64,000 nucleotides of DNA from Candidatus Methanomethylophilaceae archaeon (GCA_050950505.1 JBMNHS010000001.1:1056001-1120000), one strand, 5' to 3'; shown: positions 30,059-39,833, counted from the first letter of the stretch. The notes: generated by a model not told the origin, from the letters alone. Numbers and translations: made by a program.

Positions 30059-30187
30059 TTTTATCGATAATGGCTTTTTATCAAAAAATCAGCTTAAATA
30101 CCGAATAAAGATTAATATGCCCGCGTTGTTGTACGTCCGAGGGATAGGATTATTTGGGTTGTTCTCGTTATACTTGCACTGATATAC

Positions 30188-31681
30188 GTGCCCGTCCTTA
30201 TGTGGGTCTGGCAATCGCCCAAAGCTAAGGAGTGGGGTCTTGAACTCAGAGGCCCCATCGTGGTCTACAGGACCCAACGCGGAAAGGGTGTGATGGACCG
30301 TATCGGCTCTCACCGTAAATTCTGTAGAATTCTGGCTACATTTTCAAATTTCGTGGCTATAATTCTGATGGCGGTCATGATACTGATCATGGCGGTGGCA
30401 ATAAAGGGAATACCTTTAAGAATCAAAGGCGGAACCGGTACGGCACTGTTTACCGGTTTCAGCTTGAATTATACCGAATTTCTCATATTCGGAGTATTGG
30501 CCTTGATTGTCGCGATGATTATTCACGAATTCGCTCACGGCATTCAATCCAGAGCAAACGACGTCCGCGTGGAAGCTTCCGGCCTTATGTATGCCGTGGT
30601 TCCTTTGGGCGCTTTCGTTGAAATGAATGAGGAAGATTCCAATAATGCGACTTTAAAGGAAAAGATGAGCATCTATTCCGCGGGAATATCGATAAATTTC
30701 ATTGTTGCTGCAATATCCTTCGTATTGTTGGCAATGCTCATGCTGGCACCGCTCAGCAACACCGACGGCGTAAATGACGACAGCGTCGGCCTTTACTCCG
30801 TGTCGGACGGCTCCCCCGCGTATCTTGCCGGGTTGTCTCCGGGATCCGTGATTATTTCGATTGACGGCGAGGAAGTGTATATTGAAAGCGGTATCACGAA
30901 TCAGATTTTCCAAAACGGCAATGTTTTGGGCGGAAAAAAATACACAGTGGAGTATCTGACACCGGAAGGATCCGTCACCGAGAGTATATGGTTGGGCGTC
31001 TATGTGGAATCGGTTGTCAAGGAAAATCCCGCTGAACTGTACGGGCTGCCGAAGAATTCATTGTTGATAGAGATAGACGGAGTTCCAATAACGGGGCCGG
31101 ATTCTTTTTCGGATTTCCTTGCAAGCACTTCGCCCAATCAAGAAGTCGAAGTGAGATACGTTGACGTTGCGTCAGAATCCGAAGGAACAGTCGATATCAA
31201 ATTGGGCAGCAACGGAGACATCGGATTCATGGGGGTGCGGACCTCCTACAGCGGAATGATTCTCACGACGCCCGGATTTATTCTCGGAAAGGCGTCCAAT
31301 CCCATTTACGGTGAAACCGCAGCTTACGGCATGCTGCATTCCGCATTGCAATACCCCTTCCTGTCCATGGAAGGATTCTCACCTGTTCCGGACGTGTTCC
31401 ACTGGTGGTTTGACGCTCCGGGAGGCAACGTATTCTGGATGTTCGGCGCGATGATATATTGGATGTTTTGGGTCAACCTTCTGTTGGGAATAACCAACGC
31501 CCTGCCGCTGATACCATTTGACGGTGGATATCTGTTCAGAGGCTGGGTCACGCAGTTGCTTGAAAAGATGAGATACAAAACCGAAGAAATCCGGGAAAAG
31601 GTCGCAAAGAATATATCCAGCGCGGTTTCCGGATTTATGGCATTCTTATTAATACTGATTGTATTTGCAGTAGTGTTTTAA
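30188..31681 (+). CDS. Site-2 (M50) protease with two PDZ domains; true start probably upstream
   Basis: HEFAHG, GAFVE, NALPLIPFDGG; frame open upstream to 30116. Confidence 0.9.
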   Translation: MPVLMWVWQSPKAKEWGLELRGPIVVYRTQRGKGVMDRIGSHRKFCRILATFSNFVAIILMAVMILIMAVAIKGIPLRIKGGTGTALFTGFSLNYTEFLIFGVLALIVAMIIHEFAHGIQSRANDVRVEASGLMYAVVPLGAFVEMNEEDSNNATLKEKMSIYSAGISINFIVAAISFVLLAMLMLAPLSNTDGVNDDSVGLYSVSDGSPAYLAGLSPGSVIISIDGEEVYIESGITNQIFQNGNVLGGKKYTVEYLTPEGSVTESIWLGVYVESVVKENPAELYGLPKNSLLIEIDGVPITGPDSFSDFLASTSPNQEVEVRYVDVASESEGTVDIKLGSNGDIGFMGVRTSYSGMILTTPGFILGKASNPIYGETAAYGMLHSALQYPFLSMEGFSPVPDVFHWWFDAPGGNVFWMFGAMIYWMFWVNLLLGITNALPLIPFDGGYLFRGWVTQLLEKMRYKTEEIREKVAKNISSAVSGFMAFLLILIVFAVVF

Positions 31682-31721
31682 AAATAAAGGGAGGTGGAGG
31701 AAAACGTACGAAATATTCAAA

Positions 31722-32648
31722 ATGGAAAAAGGCAGTGTGACGAAAACCGATGAGATCCAAGACAATGTATGGATTAACATGGTTCGACCCACTGCTGAAG
31801 AAATAAACGAAATCAGCCTCAGACTCGATATCGAAAAAAGCGTTATAACGGCATCCTTGGACGATGAAGAGGAATCCAGAATAGAGATGGAAGTCGATTA
31901 TTCATTGATTCTTGTTGACGCGCCCGCCGTGGAAATCAGAAACCAGCGGGAGGAGTATACTACGTACCCTTTGTCCATAATCATGACTCCCAACATAATC
32001 GTCACCGTATCTTTGTACGATTTCCGTTCCATCGGGTCAATAATCGACAATAAAAAACAGGCACATGTGGTGAACGTGGAAAACAGAACGAATTTTGCCA
32101 TGGTTATTTTATACAGGATTGCGACCCAATATCAGAATTATTTGAAGCTTATCGCGAAGAAACGTATGGCGATCGAAGCTTCTATCCGCAACAAAACCCA
32201 ACGTAGCGATCTTTTCGAACTTCACGAATTGGAGTCCAACCTCGTTTATTTCAAAACATCCCTCAGTGTCAATCTTTCCATCGTTGAAAGATTGGCCAGA
32301 CAATTCAAATTCATGACCGACCCCGAAGACAGAGATCTTCTGGAAGAGGTCACCGTCGAAACCGAACAGGCTTTGAAGATGACCACGACTTACAGTGAAA
32401 TCGTAAGAGGTACACGACAGCTTGTGCAGGCGGACATCAACAACACTGCAACGGGCATCATGAAGTTTTTGACATCCATAACATTGGTTGTTTCAATACC
32501 TACGATGATTTCCGGTATTTTCGGTATGAACTTCGACTTCATCCCCGGTACTCAGCACCCTGCGGGATTCATGGTCACCGTTTTGCTGATGATTGTGATT
32601 ATCTATTTCAGCATCAGATATTTGCGTAAGCAGGATCTGTGGCGTTAA
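31722..32648 (+). CDS. corA: CorA family Mg/Co transporter (possible ACG start at 31704)
   Basis: WINMVRPT, LDDEEESRIE, GIFGMNF, two C-terminal TM. Confidence 0.92.
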   Translation: MEKGSVTKTDEIQDNVWINMVRPTAEEINEISLRLDIEKSVITASLDDEEESRIEMEVDYSLILVDAPAVEIRNQREEYTTYPLSIIMTPNIIVTVSLYDFRSIGSIIDNKKQAHVVNVENRTNFAMVILYRIATQYQNYLKLIAKKRMAIEASIRNKTQRSDLFELHELESNLVYFKTSLSVNLSIVERLARQFKFMTDPEDRDLLEEVTVETEQALKMTTTYSEIVRGTRQLVQADINNTATGIMKFLTSITLVVSIPTMISGIFGMNFDFIPGTQHPAGFMVTVLLMIVIIYFSIRYLRKQDLWR

Positions 32649-32916
32649 CGAACCGTATCGTCCGCCAATCCTATCGGATTCATTGCCTAGGATTAACAAT
32701 TATCGCATCTGTGCTCATCAAAACCGTTCATATAAGCATCGGATGCTGTGAAGGCATTTCTCAACCAATCAATTGGTGGTTGTCATTCAATTAACGGATC
32801 GATGAGATTCCAAAAATTCCGGCCAGAATCTTATGTCTGTATTCTGTGACGGTATGTGTTACGGTCATTGGATGTAACTTAGATAATTCTTTATACCTAA
32901 ACCTCGTAATATATGT

Positions 32917-33149
32917 TGCACGCGTGGAGTTCGCAAGGATGAACAAAGAAGAATTGTCTTCTGAACGTCCGGAGCCCCACAACACCCAGGAACGGATGAT
33001 ACCATCTCAGTGCGTTACACCCGTATGCTGTGTGTGAAGATTCTTCTGCGGAGGATGAAGTGCAGGCGTAGAAAGGCTTCGGAGGGACCTCTCATGGAGA
33101 CATTCCCTCTTCGAAGTAACAACGACCTGCATCAGGCTTCACGCGTGCA
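32917..33149 (+). ncRNA. Unidentified structured ncRNA candidate
   Basis: 15-bp terminal stem, internal stems, TTTATA at 32890, TTTT at 33151. Confidence 0.55.
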
Positions 33150-33163
33150 GTTTTCAAGTCTTC

Positions 33164-35254
33164 TCAGAAACTTTGACCTTTGCGGCGATCGGCAAGTTCT
33201 CCCTTCTTACCCTTGTTCCATCCGGATATCTTGGAAAAGAATCCCGTTACTCTTGTGATGCCTTCAACGTTGTCCGAATCGCAGTAAGGGCAGTTCTCGG
33301 ACAATCCCCGGGAAGTTCTGGAGCAATCGAGACAGGACGTGAATTCCGGACTGAAAGCAATCTGTCCGTTCTGTGTCTTCTCGAAGGTGCTCTTGACGAA
33401 TGCGGCAACACTTTCGGCGGAAGGTTTGGATTCTCCCAACCACACATGAGTAAGCGCTCCGGCGTCAATGATGGGGTGGAACATCCCTTCAAACCTGACT
33501 CTTTCGACGGGACTAACGTCGGCTCCGACGTTCAGATACGAGGAGTTGGTGTAATACACATTGCCGGCATCTTTGTCGCCCTTGACGACAGATCCCGCCT
33601 CTCTCGGATAATCCCTCAAATCCAATTTTGCGAGTCTGTATACGGTGGACTCCCCCGGAGTCTGTTCCAAAGTCAGTTTCAACCCGTCCCTCTTAGAAAG
33701 TTCTTGGGTTTTCTGCCTCATGTGGGAGATTACCTTCAGTCCGAACATCAAAGCATCCTTGGATTCATGCATTTCCTTGCCGGTATGATACTGAACCAAT
33801 TCGTTCAGGCCCAGAACCCCTACGAGGTAAGATGATTTTTCTATTCTGTAATACGGTTCACCGTCAAGATTCATTGTCAGCATGCTCAAGGGACCGTTGT
33901 TGCCCAACAGGAGAAGTTCCTGGATAAAGTCTCTTTTTTGACTGTGGGCTTTTGAAACCAACTCCAGAGCTTCGTCCAGATTGGAAAACAATTCTTCATC
34001 GCTGCCCGAGGACATATATGCTATTCTGGGGAGATTGACTGTAACGTTCTGCATTGCGGAGAATCTCATCTTCCAGGGGGTCTTTGCATCTTCAAGATCG
34101 GTGTCGTCCAAATTGAACGAGAGTCTGCAGCATTCGGATATCCTTGCGGTGTCGCCTCTGTCGAACACGAAATATGTGTTGCCCATCTCGGCGGCAAGTT
34201 TGCATATTTTATCCAAAAATTCTTCATGGCCCGGTGTTTCGAACATACGTTCGGTGATGTGAACCTGAGGCTTAGGGAAGAAGAACGGTCTTCCGTTCGC
34301 ATCCCCTTCCAAGTAGACCTCCATCAAAGCCATGGCAAATCTCTGAGATTCCTCTTCATAGTCTTCGTAGTTCTTTCCGGTATATTCTCCTCCGGGGCCG
34401 ATTGCGGGAACACCGACAAAATGTTTCGGTGTTTCCCAATAAATGTTGATGTCGCTGAATATCGACTGTCCGCCCCGGGCGACTGCCTGCTGGGCATATT
34501 CGTAAACAAGGATCTGTGCCAACTGATGCATTCTCTTGTCGTCCACATCAACCAGGTAAGGGGCAAGGAAGACGTTGAACGCATCCCATCCGATGGCGCC
34601 GGCGTAGTGTCCCTGCAGGGCTGCGGAAAATTTCACAATTTGTTCTATCAGGACTTCGGGGTGTCTTGCGGGTTTGGCGATGGACATGGCGTTCGGAAGG
34701 TTGAGACCGAACTTTTTAACGTATTCAATAGACTGTCCGCTGCAATAGGGGCGGTCAATCATGCCCAAATCGTGGAGATGGATAAGCCCTGTCATGTGTG
34801 CGTCAGCGACGTCGGGAGTGAAAACTTCCAGCAGAGCAAATTCTTTCTTGATGTTTTCTGCCAAGGTAAGATTGGTGGCTTCGGGCCCGTGGGGAACGTT
34901 TGCATTTTCTTTGTTGGGGGCCATTATGATTTCTCTCGCGTCATATATCGGAACTCCCAAACGGGTATGCTGTTTCCTGATGTCTTCGAGACCTCTCTCC
35001 ATAAGTTTGGCGTTTGTCAATTCTCTTATAAGGGGGGCGGTTATGTAATTGACATCGATCTGTTTTATCATACGGTCTACGTCGTTGGCGATGATCATGG
35101 CATTGAGTTCGGAAATATCCGTCTCTCTGAGCAGAACATCATAAATTCTCTTTTTATCCCACTTCTTGAGATCTTCATCTGAAGATCTCACAAACAATCC
35201 TATGTCTGTCGATTCGGCACCTTTCTTGATTATATTCTCTGTGTCCGTATGCAT
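33164..35254 (-). CDS. nrdD: Anaerobic ribonucleoside-triphosphate reductase (class III)
   Basis: ATP cone, HLHDL, PYCSG, SECCRL, EQTPGES, CxxC..CPYC, TRVTGFF. Confidence 0.95.
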   Translation of the reverse strand: MHTDTENIIKKGAESTDIGLFVRSSDEDLKKWDKKRIYDVLLRETDISELNAMIIANDVDRMIKQIDVNYITAPLIRELTNAKLMERGLEDIRKQHTRLGVPIYDAREIIMAPNKENANVPHGPEATNLTLAENIKKEFALLEVFTPDVADAHMTGLIHLHDLGMIDRPYCSGQSIEYVKKFGLNLPNAMSIAKPARHPEVLIEQIVKFSAALQGHYAGAIGWDAFNVFLAPYLVDVDDKRMHQLAQILVYEYAQQAVARGGQSIFSDINIYWETPKHFVGVPAIGPGGEYTGKNYEDYEEESQRFAMALMEVYLEGDANGRPFFFPKPQVHITERMFETPGHEEFLDKICKLAAEMGNTYFVFDRGDTARISECCRLSFNLDDTDLEDAKTPWKMRFSAMQNVTVNLPRIAYMSSGSDEELFSNLDEALELVSKAHSQKRDFIQELLLLGNNGPLSMLTMNLDGEPYYRIEKSSYLVGVLGLNELVQYHTGKEMHESKDALMFGLKVISHMRQKTQELSKRDGLKLTLEQTPGESTVYRLAKLDLRDYPREAGSVVKGDKDAGNVYYTNSSYLNVGADVSPVERVRFEGMFHPIIDAGALTHVWLGESKPSAESVAAFVKSTFEKTQNGQIAFSPEFTSCLDCSRTSRGLSENCPYCDSDNVEGITRVTGFFSKISGWNKGKKGELADRRKGQSF

Positions 35255-35551
35255 ATCTTATTTCCCTCCATCTCTCCGGTTGGCGTTCCTGAGTTCACTT
35301 GATCAATATAAAGCGTTTTTTGAACTATAATTGGTAATAGATGGATGAGTCTTTGTTACCATGATTGTTACCATATCTGATATTTTTTAATAGGCCAGTA
35401 ACTTAAAATTTTTATTTGTGCGTATTAATGTACTAATTCATACATTGTTGGCATATACATCCAACTCAAAATCAAAATTGACCAAAAAAACACCCAAAAA
35501 ATCATGAAAATATGCATTAAGTTTAAGTTAATCTATTCAGTATGAGATTCT

Positions 35552-36115
35552 GTGTTCAATCCCGACAAAGATTTCTCCCGGATATTATTGTAGTGTTTGG
35601 GCAAAGATGGCAAGTCAATAAGTGCACTTTCAAGAGACCTTGAAAGAGTCGGTTTCAAACATCACAGACTGATATTGACGGGATATCTGAGAGCTCTTAC
35701 CGACATGAACATTGTGAAAGAAAAGTCGGTTCCGCCGTCTAAGGTATATCAGGTAGTAAGAACCCCTGCTGAAAATATCTATGAGGCCGTGGGCAGAGTC
35801 TGTCAGAAAAGATACCCGGGAAACAATGATCTGATTATTTTCGTTCTGAATCAAATATTCAAACGTCCCGTGTTTGAATCGGAGCTGTTGCTTGCCGGCG
35901 TGACGGAACACAACGGCAAACCCGCGCAACCTAACGAGACCTTGGAATGCCGGAAATTGTTGAAGCGTTCCGGAAACGTGGTGCCTGCCCACGACTCGTA
36001 TTATTCCCGCTCGGAGTATTCGAAAGAATTGAAAGAAGTGGTTATGGAAATAGTGGCAGATGTCACGGATTCAAACCATTTGGTGCTGTTGACCAAACAA
36101 ACCCGATTACTGTGA
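35552..36115 (+). CDS. Winged-HTH-like protein with in-frame TAG (probable pyrrolysine, codon 14)
   Basis: GTG-start MFNPDKDFSRILL-TAG-CLGKDGKSISALSRDL..LTGYLRALTD..KVY. Confidence 0.7.
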
Positions 36116-36157
36116 AAAAACAATACTCTTTTATTGAGGTTGAATAATCCTCGATGC

Positions 36158-37135
36158 ATGTCTCTGGATGAACTTGTGCATGCTATCCGCACTTTTCCCG
36201 GCGTGACAAGAAAAAACCCTATCCATGAGATAGTAGGTCTTTTGCCTCTCGATGAGTTCCCGCAGGTTGCCGCCGCCGCAGGCGAAGATGCGGCCGCCGT
36301 CGAATTCGGCGATAAATATCTTTTGATGGCCGCGGACGGGATCATGTCCTCTCTTGTGAGGGTCGAGCCCTTCTACGCCGGATACTTCGCAGTGCTTGTG
36401 AACATAAACGATATCGCCGCAATGGGAGGCGTCCCCATCGCGATGGTCGACGTCATATCCATGAGAAGCAGCAAAGTCTGTTCTCAGATTCTCAGAGGTG
36501 TCGAACACGCAGTCAGAAAATTTGGCGTACCGGTGGTCGGAGGTCACACACACCCCGACGGCGAATTGAATTCCATTGAAATTTCAATAGTCGGTTCTGT
36601 TCCCAAGGAAGATATAATTCTAAGCACGACCGCCGTTCCCGGCGACGATATCGTGTTTGTTGCGGATTTGGACGGATTTTATCCGAAGAATCTTCCTTTG
36701 GCTTGGGATACGACCACTCTCAAAGATGCCGAAGCAATTCAGAAACAAATCGCCATATTGCCCAAAATAGCATCTGAAGGCCTCGTACATGCCGCCAAAG
36801 ACATGAGCAACCCCGGCAACATAGGAACGTTGGGGATGATGTTGGAATCTTCCGACATGGGCGGCACCGTCGATCTGTCAAAGATACTCAAACCGAAAGA
36901 CGTCGATCTGAAACATTGGTGTCTTTCCTATCAGGGATTCGGATTCGTATTTTCCTGTCCTCCCGAGAATTCTGCAAGATTGATTGAGATGTGCGAGTCC
37001 GTGGGCGCTTCCGGTTCGGTCGTGGGCACCATTGACGACACTTCCGAATTGAAACTTACATTGAACGGCGAAACAAAGACCGTGTTCGATTTCGACAAGG
37101 ACATCATTACCGGATGCCGTCCTAAAAAGAAATGA
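36158..37135 (+). CDS. Methanogenesis marker 2 protein (AIR synthase-related)
   Basis: FPGVTRK, GEDAAA, VNINDIAAMGG, GGHTHPD, KDMSNPG. Confidence 0.9.
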   Translation: MSLDELVHAIRTFPGVTRKNPIHEIVGLLPLDEFPQVAAAAGEDAAAVEFGDKYLLMAADGIMSSLVRVEPFYAGYFAVLVNINDIAAMGGVPIAMVDVISMRSSKVCSQILRGVEHAVRKFGVPVVGGHTHPDGELNSIEISIVGSVPKEDIILSTTAVPGDDIVFVADLDGFYPKNLPLAWDTTTLKDAEAIQKQIAILPKIASEGLVHAAKDMSNPGNIGTLGMMLESSDMGGTVDLSKILKPKDVDLKHWCLSYQGFGFVFSCPPENSARLIEMCESVGASGSVVGTIDDTSELKLTLNGETKTVFDFDKDIITGCRPKKK

Positions 37136-37142
37136 AGAAAGT

Positions 37143-37446
37143 GTTTGGCCACATGGGTTGACTCCGAATCCGGATCAAGTTGTCCGCGGCGTTTCTCGAC
37201 CCTGCGATCCCGCAAACGTCAGTAGTTCAGAGTAAGGCTGCTCCCGTCAGGACCTGGCCCGGTTTCCCCGATTAATACGGTTCAGCGATCCTCCGACCGC
37301 TTACATCGTACACACTGGCTCTGCAGGACAAGATCTCATTGTCCCGATGCGGGCTTGAACGTTCAACGGGGCCGTCCCATGCTGTCACCCCAGCATATCG
37401 ACGATTTCAGGTATAGGGCACGCCGACCTCCCCGGTCAAGCCAAAC
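37143..37446 (-). ncRNA. ffs: Archaeal SRP RNA (7S)
   Basis: ~304 nt, GTTTGGC/GCCAAAC helix 1, Alu-like 5' domain, helix 6 GGAG loop, helix 8 CCAGG..AGCAG. Confidence 0.93.
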
Positions 37447-37486
37447 GATTCTTTACCTACGACGATGTATTTAACCGCTTTCAAAA

Positions 37487-37861
37487 TCAAAAAGGCGGAG
37501 GTTCGTTGTATTTTCGGTTCGAACCTCTTGAAGTTTCGACGGGATACCTTTCCTCATTTTTTCTTAATTTCTCCCTCAGGGAGGATGTGAGGTCGATATC
37601 GTTTCTCTGCGCAAATCTCAACACAAAATAGAATACGTCGGAAAGCTCATCCCTGACCATTGAAAGATACCTTTCGTCCTTCATCATTTCGGCGACTTCT
37701 TCGTCGCTTTTGAATCTGAATATTTCTAACAGTTCCGAAGCTTCGGTAATTAAACCTGCGGCAAGATTCTTGGGGCAGTGAAATTCATCCCATTCCCTTG
37801 CGTCACAGAATTCTTTGACCGAGGCTTTGAGTTCGTTCAGATTGGTGTTCCCGTCGTCCAT
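37487..37861 (-). CDS. MazG-like nucleotide pyrophosphohydrolase
   Basis: RxWxxFHxPKNL, EASELLE, DELSDV, NEERYP. Confidence 0.9.
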   Translation of the reverse strand: MDDGNTNLNELKASVKEFCDAREWDEFHCPKNLAAGLITEASELLEIFRFKSDEEVAEMMKDERYLSMVRDELSDVFYFVLRFAQRNDIDLTSSLREKLRKNEERYPVETSRGSNRKYNEPPPF

Positions 37862-37983
37862 ATGAACCTCTTACGCCTTTTTTCACGTAAATCCTTTCCG
37901 TAACCCTTCACAATCAATTATATATGTCCTGTCCATAGAGGTGTCAACCGTGCTAAGTGTTAACATGGTACTCGGTGAATATA

Positions 37984-38109
37984 ATGTTAGGACTGACTGA
38001 CCCTTGGATCTGGAGTGCGTATATCGGCTGTTTTGCCGCCGTTGCGTTCTGCATAATATACGGATACTTCAAAGGAAACAAAGCCGAAGAGGTTGAAGAA
38101 GATGAGTGA
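37984..38109 (+). CDS. Symporter small accessory protein (41 aa)
   Basis: MLGLTDPWIWSAYIGCFAAVAFCIIYGYFKGNK; overlaps SSS start. Confidence 0.85.
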   Translation: MLGLTDPWIWSAYIGCFAAVAFCIIYGYFKGNKAEEVEEDE

Positions 38110-39745
38110 CGGAGTAAATTTGACGATATTCGGCGTCATGACCGTGATATTCGGTATCGCAACCGCCGTTCTCGCTTACTACGGATACAAGAACACCAGT
38201 GACAGCGAGCAGTTCATGCTGGGCAGGCATAAAACAAGTCCTGTGATTATAGCGTTGTCTTACGGAGCCACCTTCCTGAGCGCATCCGCCATCATCGGAT
38301 TCGGGGGGCAGGCGGCGGTTCACGGAATGTCGCTTATGTGGCTTTGCTTCCTGAACATATTCGTCGGAATCATAGTCGCGTTCATTGTGTTCGGTCCGAG
38401 AACCAGAAGGCTGGGGAAAAAGTTGGGAGCCTCCACTTTTGCCGATCTTCTGGGAAAAATATACAAATCAAAAGGAATCCGCGGATTTACCGCCATATTG
38501 ATTGTGGTGATGATGCCGATTTACTGTGCCGCGGTTCTCAAAGGTGCGGTCAACTCATTGGCGGTCATGACCGGATTGACCGCATACTATGATGTTCTGT
38601 TGATTGTGTTGGCTTTGGTTGTTGCTTTGTACGTTGTGTACGGGGGCATAGTGGCCGTGATGTACAACGATGCATTGCAGGCCGGAATCATGTTTCTCGG
38701 AATGGTGGTAATCCTGGTATTGACGTACTCCATGTTCGGCGGCGTAGGATCCGCCCATTCCCAACTGAGCAACCTCTGGGATGCGGGGATAGTCGATCAG
38801 GCGGGAACGCTGATCGGCGCCAGAGGATGGACGGGCATTTCCGAATTCGGTTCTCAGGAATGGATGTTGGTCATCACCACATTCCTGATGGGCGTGGGAA
38901 TAGGTTCGCTGACCCAACCCCAGTTAGTGGTAAGGTTCATGTCTGCCCGTGACGACAAGACCCTTTACAAGTCCATGATAATCGGAAGCATATTCATGCT
39001 TGTGGTGGTGGGGACCGCGTACACCGTGGGGCCTTTGAGCAACATATACTTCGCGGACAAGTACGGAGTCGGAGCCTTTGAATACATAACGGGTTTGGGA
39101 TTGGGCACGGATTTCATAATTCCGCAGTTCCTGACCGAAGTGTTCGGAAGTTTCAGCAACGCGACCTTCGGAGATCTGTTCCTGTCCCTGTTCCTTTTGG
39201 CATTGCTGTCGGCGTCGATATCCACGCTCAGTGCGCTGATGCACACCATCGGCGTTGCGGGGGGATACGATCTTTTCACTCTTGCCAGAAACAGGTTCTA
39301 CGGCGAAGAAAAGGATTCCAGATCCATCAGAATCAACAGAATTTTCACCATGTTCGTTTTGATTGTGGTTGTCGCGGTGTGTTACCTCATGCCCAACGAC
39401 ATCATCGCAAAAGCGACATCGGTGTTCATGGGGATAACGGCGGCGGCATTGCTTCCGGCATACGCCCACGGACTGTATGCCAAAAAACCCAACAGAATCG
39501 CAGCCTTGACGAGCATGATCGCGGGAACTTCGGTTTACCTGTTCTGGGCGCTTTTTATGAACGCGGGAACCGCGACCTTCCTCCCCATATGCAGAATATT
39601 GACGGGAAGCCACGTGCTCTTCGGGAATTCCGTGTTGGCGTCTTTGGACGCGGTCATCGTTGCTTTGCCGGTGTCGGTAATCGCAATGATTGCGGTGTTG
39701 ATTCTCAACAGAAGAACGGTGACGGAAGAACCGATCGCCGTCTGA
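38102..39745 (+). CDS. Sodium:solute symporter
   Basis: ALSYGATFLSASAIIGFGG, YGG..NDALQ, QPQLVVRFM, ~13 TM. Confidence 0.92.
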   Translation: MSDGVNLTIFGVMTVIFGIATAVLAYYGYKNTSDSEQFMLGRHKTSPVIIALSYGATFLSASAIIGFGGQAAVHGMSLMWLCFLNIFVGIIVAFIVFGPRTRRLGKKLGASTFADLLGKIYKSKGIRGFTAILIVVMMPIYCAAVLKGAVNSLAVMTGLTAYYDVLLIVLALVVALYVVYGGIVAVMYNDALQAGIMFLGMVVILVLTYSMFGGVGSAHSQLSNLWDAGIVDQAGTLIGARGWTGISEFGSQEWMLVITTFLMGVGIGSLTQPQLVVRFMSARDDKTLYKSMIIGSIFMLVVVGTAYTVGPLSNIYFADKYGVGAFEYITGLGLGTDFIIPQFLTEVFGSFSNATFGDLFLSLFLLALLSASISTLSALMHTIGVAGGYDLFTLARNRFYGEEKDSRSIRINRIFTMFVLIVVVAVCYLMPNDIIAKATSVFMGITAAALLPAYAHGLYAKKPNRIAALTSMIAGTSVYLFWALFMNAGTATFLPICRILTGSHVLFGNSVLASLDAVIVALPVSVIAMIAVLILNRRTVTEEPIAV

Positions 39746-39833
39746 AACACTTTCATTTTAAACCCCTTTCCTGTTTTTGTTCACCGTTTGTTATTCCGTC
39801 ACTTTTAGGTATAATAAGGGTATAACCTCGTTT

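Noticed and set aside
32917-33149. RNase P RNA or fluoride riboswitch identity for the ncRNA
   Set aside because: No GAGGAAAGUCC/P4 pairing; GGAGT lacks its ACTCC pseudoknot partner
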